NCBI GenBank assembly: GCA_951406725.2 | Contig: OX597815.1 | Span: 212,784,001 to 212,848,000, forward strand | Origin: Octopus vulgaris | Lineage: Eukaryota | Direction of reading: 5' to 3' | Length of the DNA: 64,000 bases | Part shown: positions 25,355 to 35,497 of the stretch, piece by piece | Position numbering within the stretch: position 1 is the stretch's first letter | Layout: each line of letters begins with the position of its first letter | Program-made: the position numbers and the translations under genes | The notes under the pieces: generated by a model | Seen by the model: only the letters and a program-made list of their open reading frames with translations | Database searches by the model: none | What the model was told of the DNA's origin: nothing

Positions 25355-25693
25355 ATGGCAGACTTGATAGCAGGTGCCCCAGAACACTGTCCGGGAACAG
25401 GGAGCGAACAGGCAGGCAAAGCGTCTGCTTGTAGTGGTTGTCCCAATAGAGGCATATGCTCGTCCCAACCTAAAGGACCTGATCCAGCTATTGCAGAAAT
25501 CCAAGAAAAGTTATCCACAGTTCGTCACAAAATCCTTGTCCTTTCTGGAAAAGGTGGCGTTGGAAAAAGTACTTTTTCTGCTCATTTAGGGCATGGCTTT
25601 GCAGCTGCCAATGAAGATCACCAAATCGCAGTTTTAGACACGGATATGTGTGGCCCATCTATTCCTAGAATTATGGGGGTAGAAGGAGAGGCA
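25355..25693 (+). CDS. NUBP1: Cytosolic Fe-S cluster assembly factor NUBP1/Nbp35, coding exon 1 (113 codons)
   Basis: N-terminal Cx13Cx2Cx5C Fe-S motif ([24 protein letters not shown]), deviant Walker [11 protein letters not shown] and DxDxCGPS. Phase-0 GTACGT donor at 25694 after ...GVEGEA. Confidence 0.96.
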
Positions 25694-26473
25694 GTACGTA
25701 TATATTTACTTTCGTTTGTGTTACAGTTTTCTTGTTTAATACCGTTAAGAAAATTTCCCTTTTCATTGCTTGTGGGACAGTGAAGGCGTAGTTTCGTATG
25801 ATAGACACAGAATTTCCAATGTGGAACTAACGTAGTTCCACGTATCCGTTTCATACGTCTTCTCCAAAGACCCGACGGCCACGATCGTGGTCCGTCGCAC
25901 TTTATGTGTTAAGAAGCTCGCTTTACACCCGCATGGTTTCGGGTTCAGTCCTGCGTAAAAACTGTATGGCGGCCCATCGTATATGTGTGTGTCTTTGTGT
26001 TTATCCGTCTCCCCACTGTTTCACAGTTGGTGGTTATTTGTGAACGCCCCCGTTGATTAATGGTTCTGGAAAATTAGTACCGGAGGCAATTTGTTCGACT
26101 AAACCCTTCTAGATAGTGTCCCAGCATGACTACAGGCCAATCTCTGATGGGTGGTGGTGGTGTTTATACTCAGAATGACGAAGCGATAAAAACAGTCGAT
26201 TATTTTTATTACATTTTATCTAAAATTATTTTTATTTCTGAATAGTATCTGTTAACTTTAACTTTTCCTATGGAATTGATCCTCAATTTAAAATACTTAA
26301 CCCGATCGGATATTACCAATTCTACGTTATTATTATTATTAATAATTGGCAGAAGTTACAGAACGCCTCAGAGTCCAAGAGTCTCGTTCATTGATTCACT
26401 AAACTCTCGGTCCTTGAGACACTCTGTGACTCTACCGATTATTATAAATATAATATATATATATATATATATA

Positions 26474-26703
26474 TTATTTACATTTGACGGATATTTGTCC
26501 TCATCTTGTTTGTTGTTTAAACAACGTTTCGGCTGATATACCCTCCAGCCTTCATCAGGTGTCTTGGGGAAATTCGAACCTGGGTTCTCATTCCTAAAGT
26601 ATTTTTCGATATTATTATTATTATTATTCAGGTCGCTGCCTGGAATCGAACTCGGGATCATGGGGTTAGTAGCCCGCGCTCTTAACCACTACACCATATG
26701 CCC
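26474..26703 (-). mobile_element. tRNA-headed SINE-like unit containing a hammerhead motif
   Basis: 73-nt tRNA-like head (26631-26703) with A box TGGTGTAGTGG and B box GTTCGATTCC, a (TAA)n linker, then gacac-CTGATGA-a-ggctg...cagcc-GAAA-CGTT at 26518-26563. Ends at an (AT)n run. Confidence 0.75.
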
Positions 26704-26705
26704 AC

Positions 26706-26875
26706 GGGCATAATAATAATAATAATATCATAAAAAAATACCTTACCTTAGGAATAAGAACCCAGGTTCGAAACTTCCCCAAGACACCTGATGAAGGCTG
26801 GAGGATATATCAGCCGAAATGTTGTGTTAACAACAAACAAGATGAGGACAAATACCCACCAAATGTAAATAATGT
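26706..26875 (+). mobile_element. Inverted second copy of the same hammerhead-bearing unit, lacking most of the tRNA head
   Basis: Matches the reverse complement of 26474-26630. Hammerhead parts: gacac (26783-87), CTGATGA (26788-94), ggctg/cagcc, GAAA (26816-19), TGTT, gtgtt (26824-28). Confidence 0.78.
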
Positions 26876-27185
26876 ACTTAATTCCTCATCTCTTAAATAT
26901 AGAACTGTATAATAATATATACACTCTCGTGTTTTCAATTCCACTTTTCTGTTTACATCATCAAATCAGTTTCTCTGTTCATCAGAACACGTTTCGACGG
27001 GACGTAACTCTGTTAAGAGTTTTCCTTCGTCGGCAACTCTGCCGGGACTTCTTTACATTTTTATACACAGAGGTACGGCATTGTCTTTGACAAACGACGC
27101 AATGCAGGTTGTTAACATTAGTAATACTAAACTATAACAATAAACCTAATCAAAACAAATATCCATCTCAAGGAATCAAACCCAT

Positions 27186-28994
27186 GACGGAATTCTGCTT
27201 TAATCGCGTCATAAACTTTTCTTTTTTGGAATTTTCAGAAAATGTTTACGAATTTGTGTTCTACATACAGGAATTCATACGATTATGAAAAGAGAAAAAA
27301 AAGGGTTTTCAATCCACACCCTCATAAATCGTAAAAGTTCTGTTATTTTTCAAATTTTTTAAAATCAGAATTTTAAAATACAGACAATCCGAATTTTTTG
27401 CTTAAATGCCAGCCATGGATGCACTCTTATTTAAATAATAATAATAATGAGATTATTGTATACAGTGCTCAGGTGCACCACAACTTGTCAGAAAGTGCAT
27501 ATAAAGTACATGCAGTAATGTACAAATGTCTGGAAAGTGAACAGTGTATGAGTCAGATACATGCTTGTGTGTGTATGGAGGGGAGAAAATCAAGTGTAGT
27601 GTTGGCGAATCTCAGGAAGCATGGAAGTCTTGAAGGATGCAGTGCTCCGACAACTAACAACCGATGCCGGCAGTTTGTTCCACGCTTCAGCAACTCTCAG
27701 CTTGAAAAAATGTTTCCTGAAGTCATGGGAGCTGTGCTGTTTTCTTACTTTGTAAATATGTCCATGGGTGTTAGATGGGTGGAGTTTGAAGAGGTGCTCA
27801 GTGTTATTGTTTGTGCGATGGTTGATAATTTTATGGGTGTCTGCCAGACGTCGGAGTTCCAATGTGTCCATGCCCAGGGAAGTAAGGCGTTCAGGATATG
27901 GCAAATGCCTGATGGAGGGTATTCTTTTGGTTGCACGTCACTGAACAGCTTCCAGACGATTGATGTCCTGGGCAAGATAGGGGTTCCAGACCGGTGATGC
28001 AAATTCCAGGTGAGGTCTTACCATAGCTATATAAAGCCGCAGATAGATAGCCGGAGAGCGGCTCACAAAGGATTTGGTGAGTGATGCCAAGACACCCTCA
28101 GCCTTCTTGACAATTTTAGCGATGTGTTTTGTCCAACGCAAATCACTGTCGACAATAACACCCAGGTCACGTTCACTTGAAGACTTTTTGAGACTAGTGT
28201 TGTGGAGGGAGTAGGTGGACACTGGGTTTCTCTCCCAAAATGCATGGTGGTACATTTGTCCACAGCCAGCTTCAGTTGCCAGTCCATGATCCACTGCTGC
28301 ATTGTGTCCAAGTCTGCTTGCAATAGAGATCCATAGTGTACAGGATTTGACCTCTTTATTTGGAGGTACAGCTTGATGTCATCTGCATATTTCAGCACTG
28401 TGGCATTCTTTAAGTTGGCATCTATGTCATTAACATATGCAACAAATAAAAGGGGGCCAAGAACAGATCCCTGCGGCACACCAGATGTCATCTCATAGGG
28501 CGAAGAGTGCTGTCCTAGAACTGTGACAACCTCTTTTCGGACGAAAATAAAGGACTTTAACCAGTTATAGAGTTCGTCTCTTACACCCAACGCAGAAAGC
28601 TTCACCATAAGTCTTTTGTGTGGCACAGAGTTAAAAGCCTTAGCAAAGTCCAGGTAAACAACATCCACCCAGGATCCGCAATCAGTGATTTGGGTAACAT
28701 CCTCAAGAAACTCGATGAGTTGATTACAGCAGCTGGAGTTACAGTTGATTACAGCAGTTGCATCATCATTTCATTAAATTTATGGAAGAAAAATATTGAA
28801 AAATATCAATACATGTCAAAGTAACAAAGAAACGTGGAAGGTGGTCATGAGATGTGCTAAATTGCCCTTAGATAACACCACCCACCCCTTTTTTTTTTCC
28901 ACAATCGTATGAATTCGCAAAACTTTTCTGAAAATACCAAAAAAATAAAAAAATTATGAGGGGTTACATGGGGTGCTTAAACCAGAATTCTGCC
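27186..28994. mobile_element. TIR DNA element (Merlin- or Mutator-like MITE) interrupted by a LINE
   Basis: Terminal inverted repeats gacggaattctgctttaa / ttaaaccagaattctgcc with longer imperfect subterminal IRs. 8-bp TSD aaacccat (27178-85) / aaacccct (28995-29002). A related fragment lies at about 57640-57760. Confidence 0.7.
27433..28741 (-). mobile_element. 5'-truncated CR1/L2-type LINE (reverse transcriptase), frameshifted
   Basis: YLDFAKAFNSVPH, GVPQGSVLGPLLF, YADD and a C-terminal RKHFF..RVAEAWNKLP; 3'UTR and (ATT)n tail. Confidence 0.95.
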
Positions 28995-30069
28995 AAACCC
29001 CTAATCGGTTTTCTCTTTATTTGTGAACAAAATCACAAATGTTTTTGTCTTTTTTTTTTTTTCAGTTGGTAGTGATGACAATTACAAACATCCTCTCTTC
29101 ACATGGCTTAGACAAGTGATAGGCAAACGGCAGTGTGTGGTATTTTGCGAATGGCACACCTAAGAAAAAATTACCTGGATGTTTTTTTCCGTTGGCTACC
29201 TGTTTCTGCAACCCACTTTTCAAAAATTGTTGTCCATACCTAGCTTAGACTGACTACTGTAGTACTTACTATTCAACATGTACTTTTACTGTGAAAAGTT
29301 GCTAGGCCTGTACAAAACACACAGCTTACTTTCAAAATCAGTACAAATGCATATTTGGTCAATTTCCTGATAACCATTAAAACACAATCTGCAAGCTGCT
29401 GGCTTCATGCATACTCCTTTACTCTTTTACTTGTTTCAGTCATTTGACTGTGGTCATGCTGGAGCACTGCATTTAGTAGAGCAAATTGACCCCAGGACTT
29501 ATTCTTTGTAAGCCTAGTACTTTTTCTATCGGTCTCTTTTGCCAAACTACCAAGTTACGGGGACGTAAACACACCAGCAATGTTGAGAGGACAAACGTAG
29601 ACACACAAATACACACACATATACGACGGGTTTCTTTCAATCTATCAAATCCACTCACAAGGCTATAGTAGAAGACACATGCCCAAGGTGCCACGCAGTG
29701 GGACTGAACCCAGAACCATGTGGTTCGTAAGGAAGTTACTTACCACACAGCCACTCCTACGAGAAATATTTTTCAGTCAAACTGGGATAGATGCCATGTA
29801 GACTGTAGGCGAATATTAGTCTTCCAATCAAAATCAGATATATTCAAATTGTTTTTTTAAACAATTATTCAAAAGTCATTCCGATGAATGTATCTGGTTT
29901 TAAAAGTAAGCTCTTCATATATACTCTACGTTAGCATCCTGCACTCACATATTACAAACCATCCTTGACCATAACAAAATAAATATATAATAGATGGAAG
30001 ATTAGTTCATCATATTCTGTTACTGCTATCACAGGCTACACTAATCTTCAGTTATATGCTTGCTTCTCC

Positions 30070-30145
30070 TTTTAAAAATGTTTAGTACAGGACTTAATGG
30101 TGTGGTGGACCACACCATCAAGTCCTGTACTAAACATTTTTAAAA
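30070..30145. repeat. Near-perfect 76-bp palindrome (37-bp arms, 2-nt spacer) in the NUBP1 intron
   Basis: ttttaaaaatgtttagtacaggacttaatggtgtggt-gg-accacaccatcaagtcctgtactaaacatttttaaaa; single mismatch at 30096. Confidence 0.95.
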
Positions 30146-31044
30146 TCTCTTTTCTCAAACCATTCCCTGGAGCTTACCTGGGCCTGGGAAGATTATAAGC
30201 ATTGCCTATCCTTTGATTATTAAAAATACATCTGTTATCCTTTTTCAGTCATTTGGGCTGTGGTCATCATCTTCGAAAGGTTTTAGTTGAATAAATCAAG
30301 CCCAGTAATTATTTTTTCTGCTGCTATCTATTTTAATGGTCTCCTTTAAGGGAATTTAAACAAACCCTGGCTGTCAAGCAGTGGGTGGGACAAACACAAC
30401 ACACACACACACACACACAGTTTCTGTTCACCAAATTCACTCACAAGGCAATGGTCAGTCTTGAGCTATAGTAGAAGACACTTGCTTAAAGTGCCCCACA
30501 GTGGGACTGAACAAGAAACCACACGGTTGCAAAGAAAGCTTCTTGACCCCACAGACATACCTGTGACAGCATTTGCACTTTTATCATTGATTATACAAAA
30601 TGAAATCATTTGAATATACTTTCATTTGGTTTTAGCATCTCTATAATAATCTGCTTGTCCATTCGCCCGTTATACATTAATTAGTTAAAGAGGTGGAGTA
30701 AAAGAGAGAGAGAAGCAAGTAGAGAAAGGTGATCGACATTAAATACACTTGGGCCAAATGGTCACGTGATCTGCTGAAAGTAGAGACAAAGAAAAAGAGC
30801 GATGTGTGGTGAGGTGAGGTGGGGAAGGAATACTTATTTACTTGGTTAAAAGTTAGCTGAAGGGAAAAGTTGATAGAGAGAGATGGACAGGGGAGGCAGA
30901 TATATTGAGAGAGAGAGAGAGAGAGAGAGAGGCAGATAACAATGGTGGTGTGTTGATAGTGAAAAGTTTTTTTTTTTTTATAGTGACCATCACTAGGCAT
31001 AAGTGCAATTATTTATTGTCTACTCACTTAAAAAAAACTAATAT

Positions 31045-31405
31045 ACGTAAAAGCACCATCCGTTCGTGTCCGTTGCCAGCCTTGCCTGGCCCCCGTGCCG
31101 GTAGCATGTAAAAGCACCATCCGTTCGTGTCCGTTGCCAGCCTCGCCTGGCCCCCGTGCCGGTGACACATAAAAGCACCATCCGTTCGTGGCCGTTTGCC
31201 AGCTCTGTCTGGCACCTGTGCAGGTGGCACGTAAAAAGCACCCACTACACTCACGGAGTGGTTGGCGTTAGGAAGGGCATCCAGCCGTAGAAACACTGCC
31301 AAATCTGACTGGGCCTGATGAAGCCTTCCGGCTTCACAGACCCCAGTTAAACCGTCCAACCCATGCTAGCATGGAAAACGGACGCTAAATGATGATGATG
31401 ATGAA
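31045..31405 (+). mobile_element. SINE-like repeat with a (GAT)n tail and about 61-bp internal tandem units
   Basis: Three taaaagcaccatccgttcgtg... units, then ttaggaagggcatccagc...aacccatgctagcatggaaa...(gat)n. Other copies at about 1-70, 16370-16540, 21025-21195, 52575-52800 and 52995-53300(-). Confidence 0.8.
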
Positions 31406-31842
31406 GGGTTAATTTAGCCTAAACTCTGGATTCACAAATAACATGGTTGCAAGCTGCCCAAGAAAGGATATGTGGATATAGAGCACAGATCAGAGAGGAA
31501 CAATGAGAAAATATAATGAAAAGAGGAAAAAGACAACACTAATGGAGACGTAAAAGAGAGACAAATGTAGACAAACGTCAAGAATATTTAGAGAAAACGA
31601 AACTGTAAATGCTATAAAAATGCAAATCATCCTTTCTTTCTTAAATAGGTCCTGTTAATTTTTTCCATTCTGTGGAATTTCCACGGGTCCCACTCTTGTG
31701 ATAATAATATAAAACTGAAATAAAATATACTTCCTCACCTTGTCTAATTCTATCAAGCACAAAGATTGTTTTCTCCATGCTATGTTGATGTAAGTAATAT
31801 GCACTTTTAAAACACTAATTAATTGTCATTTTTATTGCTTAG

Positions 31843-32478
31843 GTTCATCAGAGTGGCTCTGGCTGGTCACCGGTTTACGTGTCGGATAATCTTGCAATTA
31901 TGTCCGTTGGATTTCTTCTAGCAAGTCTAAATGATGCTGTCATATGGAGAGGTCCAAGAAAGAACGGTCTGATTAAACAGTTCCTGAAAGACGTCGACTG
32001 GGGAGACTTGGATTACCTCATCATTGATACACCACCAGGTACTTCAGATGAACACCTGTCGTTAGTTCAATACATTGGTGCAACAACGATCGATGGAGCA
32101 ATTATCATAACTACACCACAGGAAATTTCTTTGCAGGATGTTAGGAAGGAAATCAATTTCTGTGAGAAAGTAAAACTTCCTATAATTGGTGTAATTGAAA
32201 ATATGAGTGGCTTTGTTTGCCCACACTGCAAAACTGAGTCTGAGATATTTCCTGCAACAACTGGTGGGGCTGAAAAAATGGCAAAAGATTTATCCCTACC
32301 ATTCCTTGGCAAGCTGCCCTTAGATCCTAGAATTGCAAAAGCATGTGATGAAGGCAAGTCATTCTTAGAAGAAATACCTGATAGCCCAGCAGCCCAAATA
32401 TTCCAGAAGATTATAAAAGCTATAGAATGTCATTGTGAGTCTAAAAGTGACAGTAATGACTGTGGTGATAATAAATAA
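31843..32478 (+). CDS. NUBP1: NUBP1/Nbp35, coding exon 2 (211 aa + TAA)
   Basis: Acceptor ttttattgcttag, then [17 protein letters not shown]..., [24 protein letters not shown] and [11 protein letters not shown] (C-terminal CxxC). Spliced CDS is 975 nt, 324 aa. Confidence 0.97.
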   Translation, partial: VHQSGSGWSPVYVSDNLAIMSVGFLLASLNDAVIWRGPRKNGLIKQFLKDVDWGDLDYLIIDTPPGTSDEHLSLVQYIGATTIDGAIIITTPQEISLQDVRKEINFCEKVKLPIIGVIENMSGFVCPHCKTESEIFPATTGGAEKMAKDLSLPFLGKLPLDPRIAKACDEGKSFLEEIPDSPAAQIFQKIIKAIECHCESKSDSNDCGDNK

Positions 32479-32768
32479 CATAAAAATATCATTTCTTGAA
32501 AGAAAAAAAAAAAACTTTAAAAAATTTTCTAAAATACAGAAATTTTAGCTTATTTTAAATTTTTGTTCTTGTTTTGATAAATATTTTCTTATTAAAAAAA
32601 TATCTTTTGAAACTGATTGATGATAACACTGCTTCTTATACTACATTATTCAATGAAGTCTTAGTGTGGTTTAAGGGAAATTGGTTGCCATTTCTAGCAG
32701 GTTGAACAACTACAGAGAAGCTTTATTGTTGACCCATCCATAAATACATTACAAGACAAAATTGCAGC

Positions 32769-33389
32769 AAAGCTGTGGTGGTGGTGGCTTTCAGCTGTGG
32801 CATGCAGACCGTCTGACAAAGCTGTGGTGGTGGTGGCTTTCAGCTGTGGCATGCAGACCGTCTGACAAAGCTGTGGTGGTGGTGGCTTTCAGCTGTGGCA
32901 TGCAGACCGTCTGACAAAGCTGTGGTGGTGGTGGCTTTCAGCTGTGGCATGCAGACCGTCTGACAAAGCTGTGGTGGTGGTGGCTTTCAGCTGTGGCATG
33001 CAGACCGTCTGACAAAGCTGTGGTGGTGGTGGCTTTCAGCTGTGGCATGCAGACCGTCTGACAAAGCTGTGGTGGTGGTGGCTTTCAGCTGTGGCATGCA
33101 GACCGTCTGACAAAGCTGTGGTGGTGGTGGCTTTCAGCTGTGGCATGCAGACCGTCTGACAAAGCTGTGGTGGTGGTGGCTTTCAGCTGTGGCATGCAGA
33201 CCGTCTGACAAAGCTGTGGTGGTGGTGGCTTTCAGCTGTGGCATGCAACCGTCTGACTGCTGTGTGGTGGTGGCTTTCAGCTGTGGCATGCAGACCGTCT
33301 GATAAAGCTGTGTGATGGTGGTTTTCAGACCGTCTGACAAAGCTGTGTGGTGGTGGCTTTCAGCTGTGGCATGCAGACCGTCTGACAAC
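32769..33389. repeat. 49-bp minisatellite: 9 identical units plus about 4 degenerate units
   Basis: Unit aaagctgtggtggtggtggctttcagctgtggcatgcagaccgtctgac starts at 32769, 32818, 32867 and so on to 33210. Confidence 0.97.
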
Positions 33390-35194
33390 TTGTTTGAAAT
33401 TACATTATCTTTCTCTTCTGCTTTACAAATTCAATGGGCACATGCTCGATGTGTGTTCATACTTCTACTTCCGGTTCCTACTCAAAACTGTTTACAGATC
33501 ACAACCATCTCACAAACCTGCGGTTGTGAAGTGCACTTCATACTCCAATGGTTATGAAATAAGTTGACTTAGATTAAAAATGCTGATATCTTTATATTAA
33601 TACTTAACAGTATATTTGTTCTTTGGTTTATGAGATATTATCATAATTTTACATGTGTTCCATGTTGATATGGAGTTGAACTGATTGTCTTGGTCCAAGC
33701 CAGTTCTTTTTCAGAATTGCTGCCACTTTAGATGGGTTGGCAGACAACATACCTCTTAGTCTTTATTTTTTACTTGCTTCAGTCAGTAAACTGTGGCCAT
33801 GCTGGGGTACTGCCTTCAAGAAATTTAGTCAAACCTGTTGACCCCAGCACTTACGTTTTTGTACAGCCTTGTACTTATTCTGACAGTCTCTTTTGCTGAA
33901 TTGCTAGGTTATAGGGATGCAAACACTAGTTGTTAAGCAGTGGTGGAGGACAAACACACACATGTATATACACGACAGGCTTCTTTCGGTTTCAGTCTAA
34001 CGAATTCACTCACAAGGCTTTGGCCAGCCTGAGCCTATAGCAGAAGTCACATGCCCAAGGTGTCACACAGTGGGACTGAACCCAGAACCATGTAGTTGGG
34101 AAGCAAGCTTCTTACCACACAGCCATGCCTGCACTTTAGCATTCATAGCAGGCTGCTCCTTCTAACGTCAAACACTTTACAAGCCATTTAATCATGGCAC
34201 CAGCACTAGAGAAGTTGTCATGCCCTCAGCAAGACTAACAAGTCCTGTCAACTCTCTGCCTTATTTGTTGCCGACCACTTTAAAAGATGTATTAGGTGTC
34301 AGCACTTGCGAGGTTACCTTATACCCTCAAGGCTAAAGAACACCCACTGCTGCAAGAGGGAGAATAGAAATGAGGTTTATGGCAGTAGCTGAGCCTAGCA
34401 CAAGAGATAGAGAAAGTATGATGCAATGAAAAGAATTGTGTAAGAGGTAGGAGGAAGAAAGTGGAAGAGAAGCATCAGTGCTGTGTTGCCAGGGTTGGAA
34501 TTACGTTCAATAAAAAAATGAAGAGAAAATGTTTTTATGACAATTTATTAAACTTTTTATTTAAAGCATTTGTTAATGGTAAATTACACCATTAATAAAA
34601 AAAAATAGCCAACCATAATCAGGAAAATGCAGTGTCACTTGTAGGAAAGCAGAAGCAAATAGCTTCAGTTATTGATTCATTTGGAAGTTGATCAGTGACT
34701 GCTTTGTCTTTCAAAACATTGATATCCAAATCAGTGGGAAGTAAGAAATTCAAGAACTGTGATAGAAAAGCAGTTTATTTTGAAAAGTAAAAATAAAAAA
34801 AAAAAAAGGAAATATTCTAATAAATATCGTAAATGATTGTTACTACTTCAAATTCGTAACATTTCCATGCTTAGAACAAACCACATGTTTTAAACATGTA
34901 ATGAATGAAATACAGCCTGAATCTTTTATTGATTTGCCTACAATTTTAAGATATTTTATTTTTTCTGTTAACTGAAATTTTTATTGAGAAACACAAAAAT
35001 ACGGAAAAAAATTTTAAAAATGTGTTGCATGTTTAATTTCTCACTCATTCTCTTTAATTTTAGCATATCACAATAAATGGCCAGCATTTTCCTCAGTTCC
35101 TTTCAGCGTTCTTTCATCAGTGAAAGCTTAGAAAAAGGAGAGACCAAGCCATCAATGCTCAGTTATTTTCATAAACATATATCTCTGCTCCTTA

Positions 35195-35281
35195 TCATAA
35201 ACCTAACATTTCTTTGGCAGCAGCACAGACCACTTCAGCCAGAGCGTACTCTTCTGCAGATTTCAAATCAATTTCGCTTGC
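35195..35281 (-). CDS. TBCA: TBCA coding exon 4 (28 aa + TGA)
   Basis: Acceptor ttttgtttttgcag; ASEIDLKSAEEYALAEVVCAAAKEMLGL*. Total CDS is 333 nt, 110 aa. Confidence 0.9.
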   Translation of the reverse strand, partial: ASEIDLKSAEEYALAEVVCAAAKEMLGL

Positions 35282-35497
35282 CTGCAAAAACAAAAAAAAT
35301 ATGATTCAAAATAATTTTTTCTTCCAAGAATTCATGATAAAAAGTGAATTAAGTTAGTCCTGCCACAATCTACAAAGAATCTACTGTACTACCTGGCTTC
35401 TCTAGCAGCCAGCAACTAACAATATAATTTGAATAAATCATAGTTGCTTCTGCTAGAATATGAAGTCACTGCAAAGAGTAGGTCTACAGCAGCCAAT

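Noticed and set aside
25694-25783. ORF-track C-terminal extension of NUBP1 exon 1 (also the 31879 start for exon 2)
   Set aside because: Read-through into the intron; homology and splice signals place the junction at 25693/31843.
26631-26703. Functional tRNA gene
   Set aside because: A and B boxes are present but the acceptor stem does not pair, and it is fused to a repeat body. It is a SINE head.
26970-27003. Hammerhead-like GAAAC...CTGATGA on the minus strand
   Set aside because: Spacing is too short to form helices III and I, and there is no matching helix II partner.
31315-31340. CTGATGA followed by a hairpin
   Set aside because: No GAAA after the hairpin; it is a variant position inside a common SINE.
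32769-33389. CRISPR-like array
   Set aside because: Units are contiguous and identical with no unique spacers, there are no cas genes, and the context is eukaryotic. It is a minisatellite.
35088-35125. Hammerhead in the TBCA 3'UTR (minus-strand CTGATGA...GAAA)
   Set aside because: Helix II is only 2 bp and there is no NUH triplet in register with helix I; likely chance.
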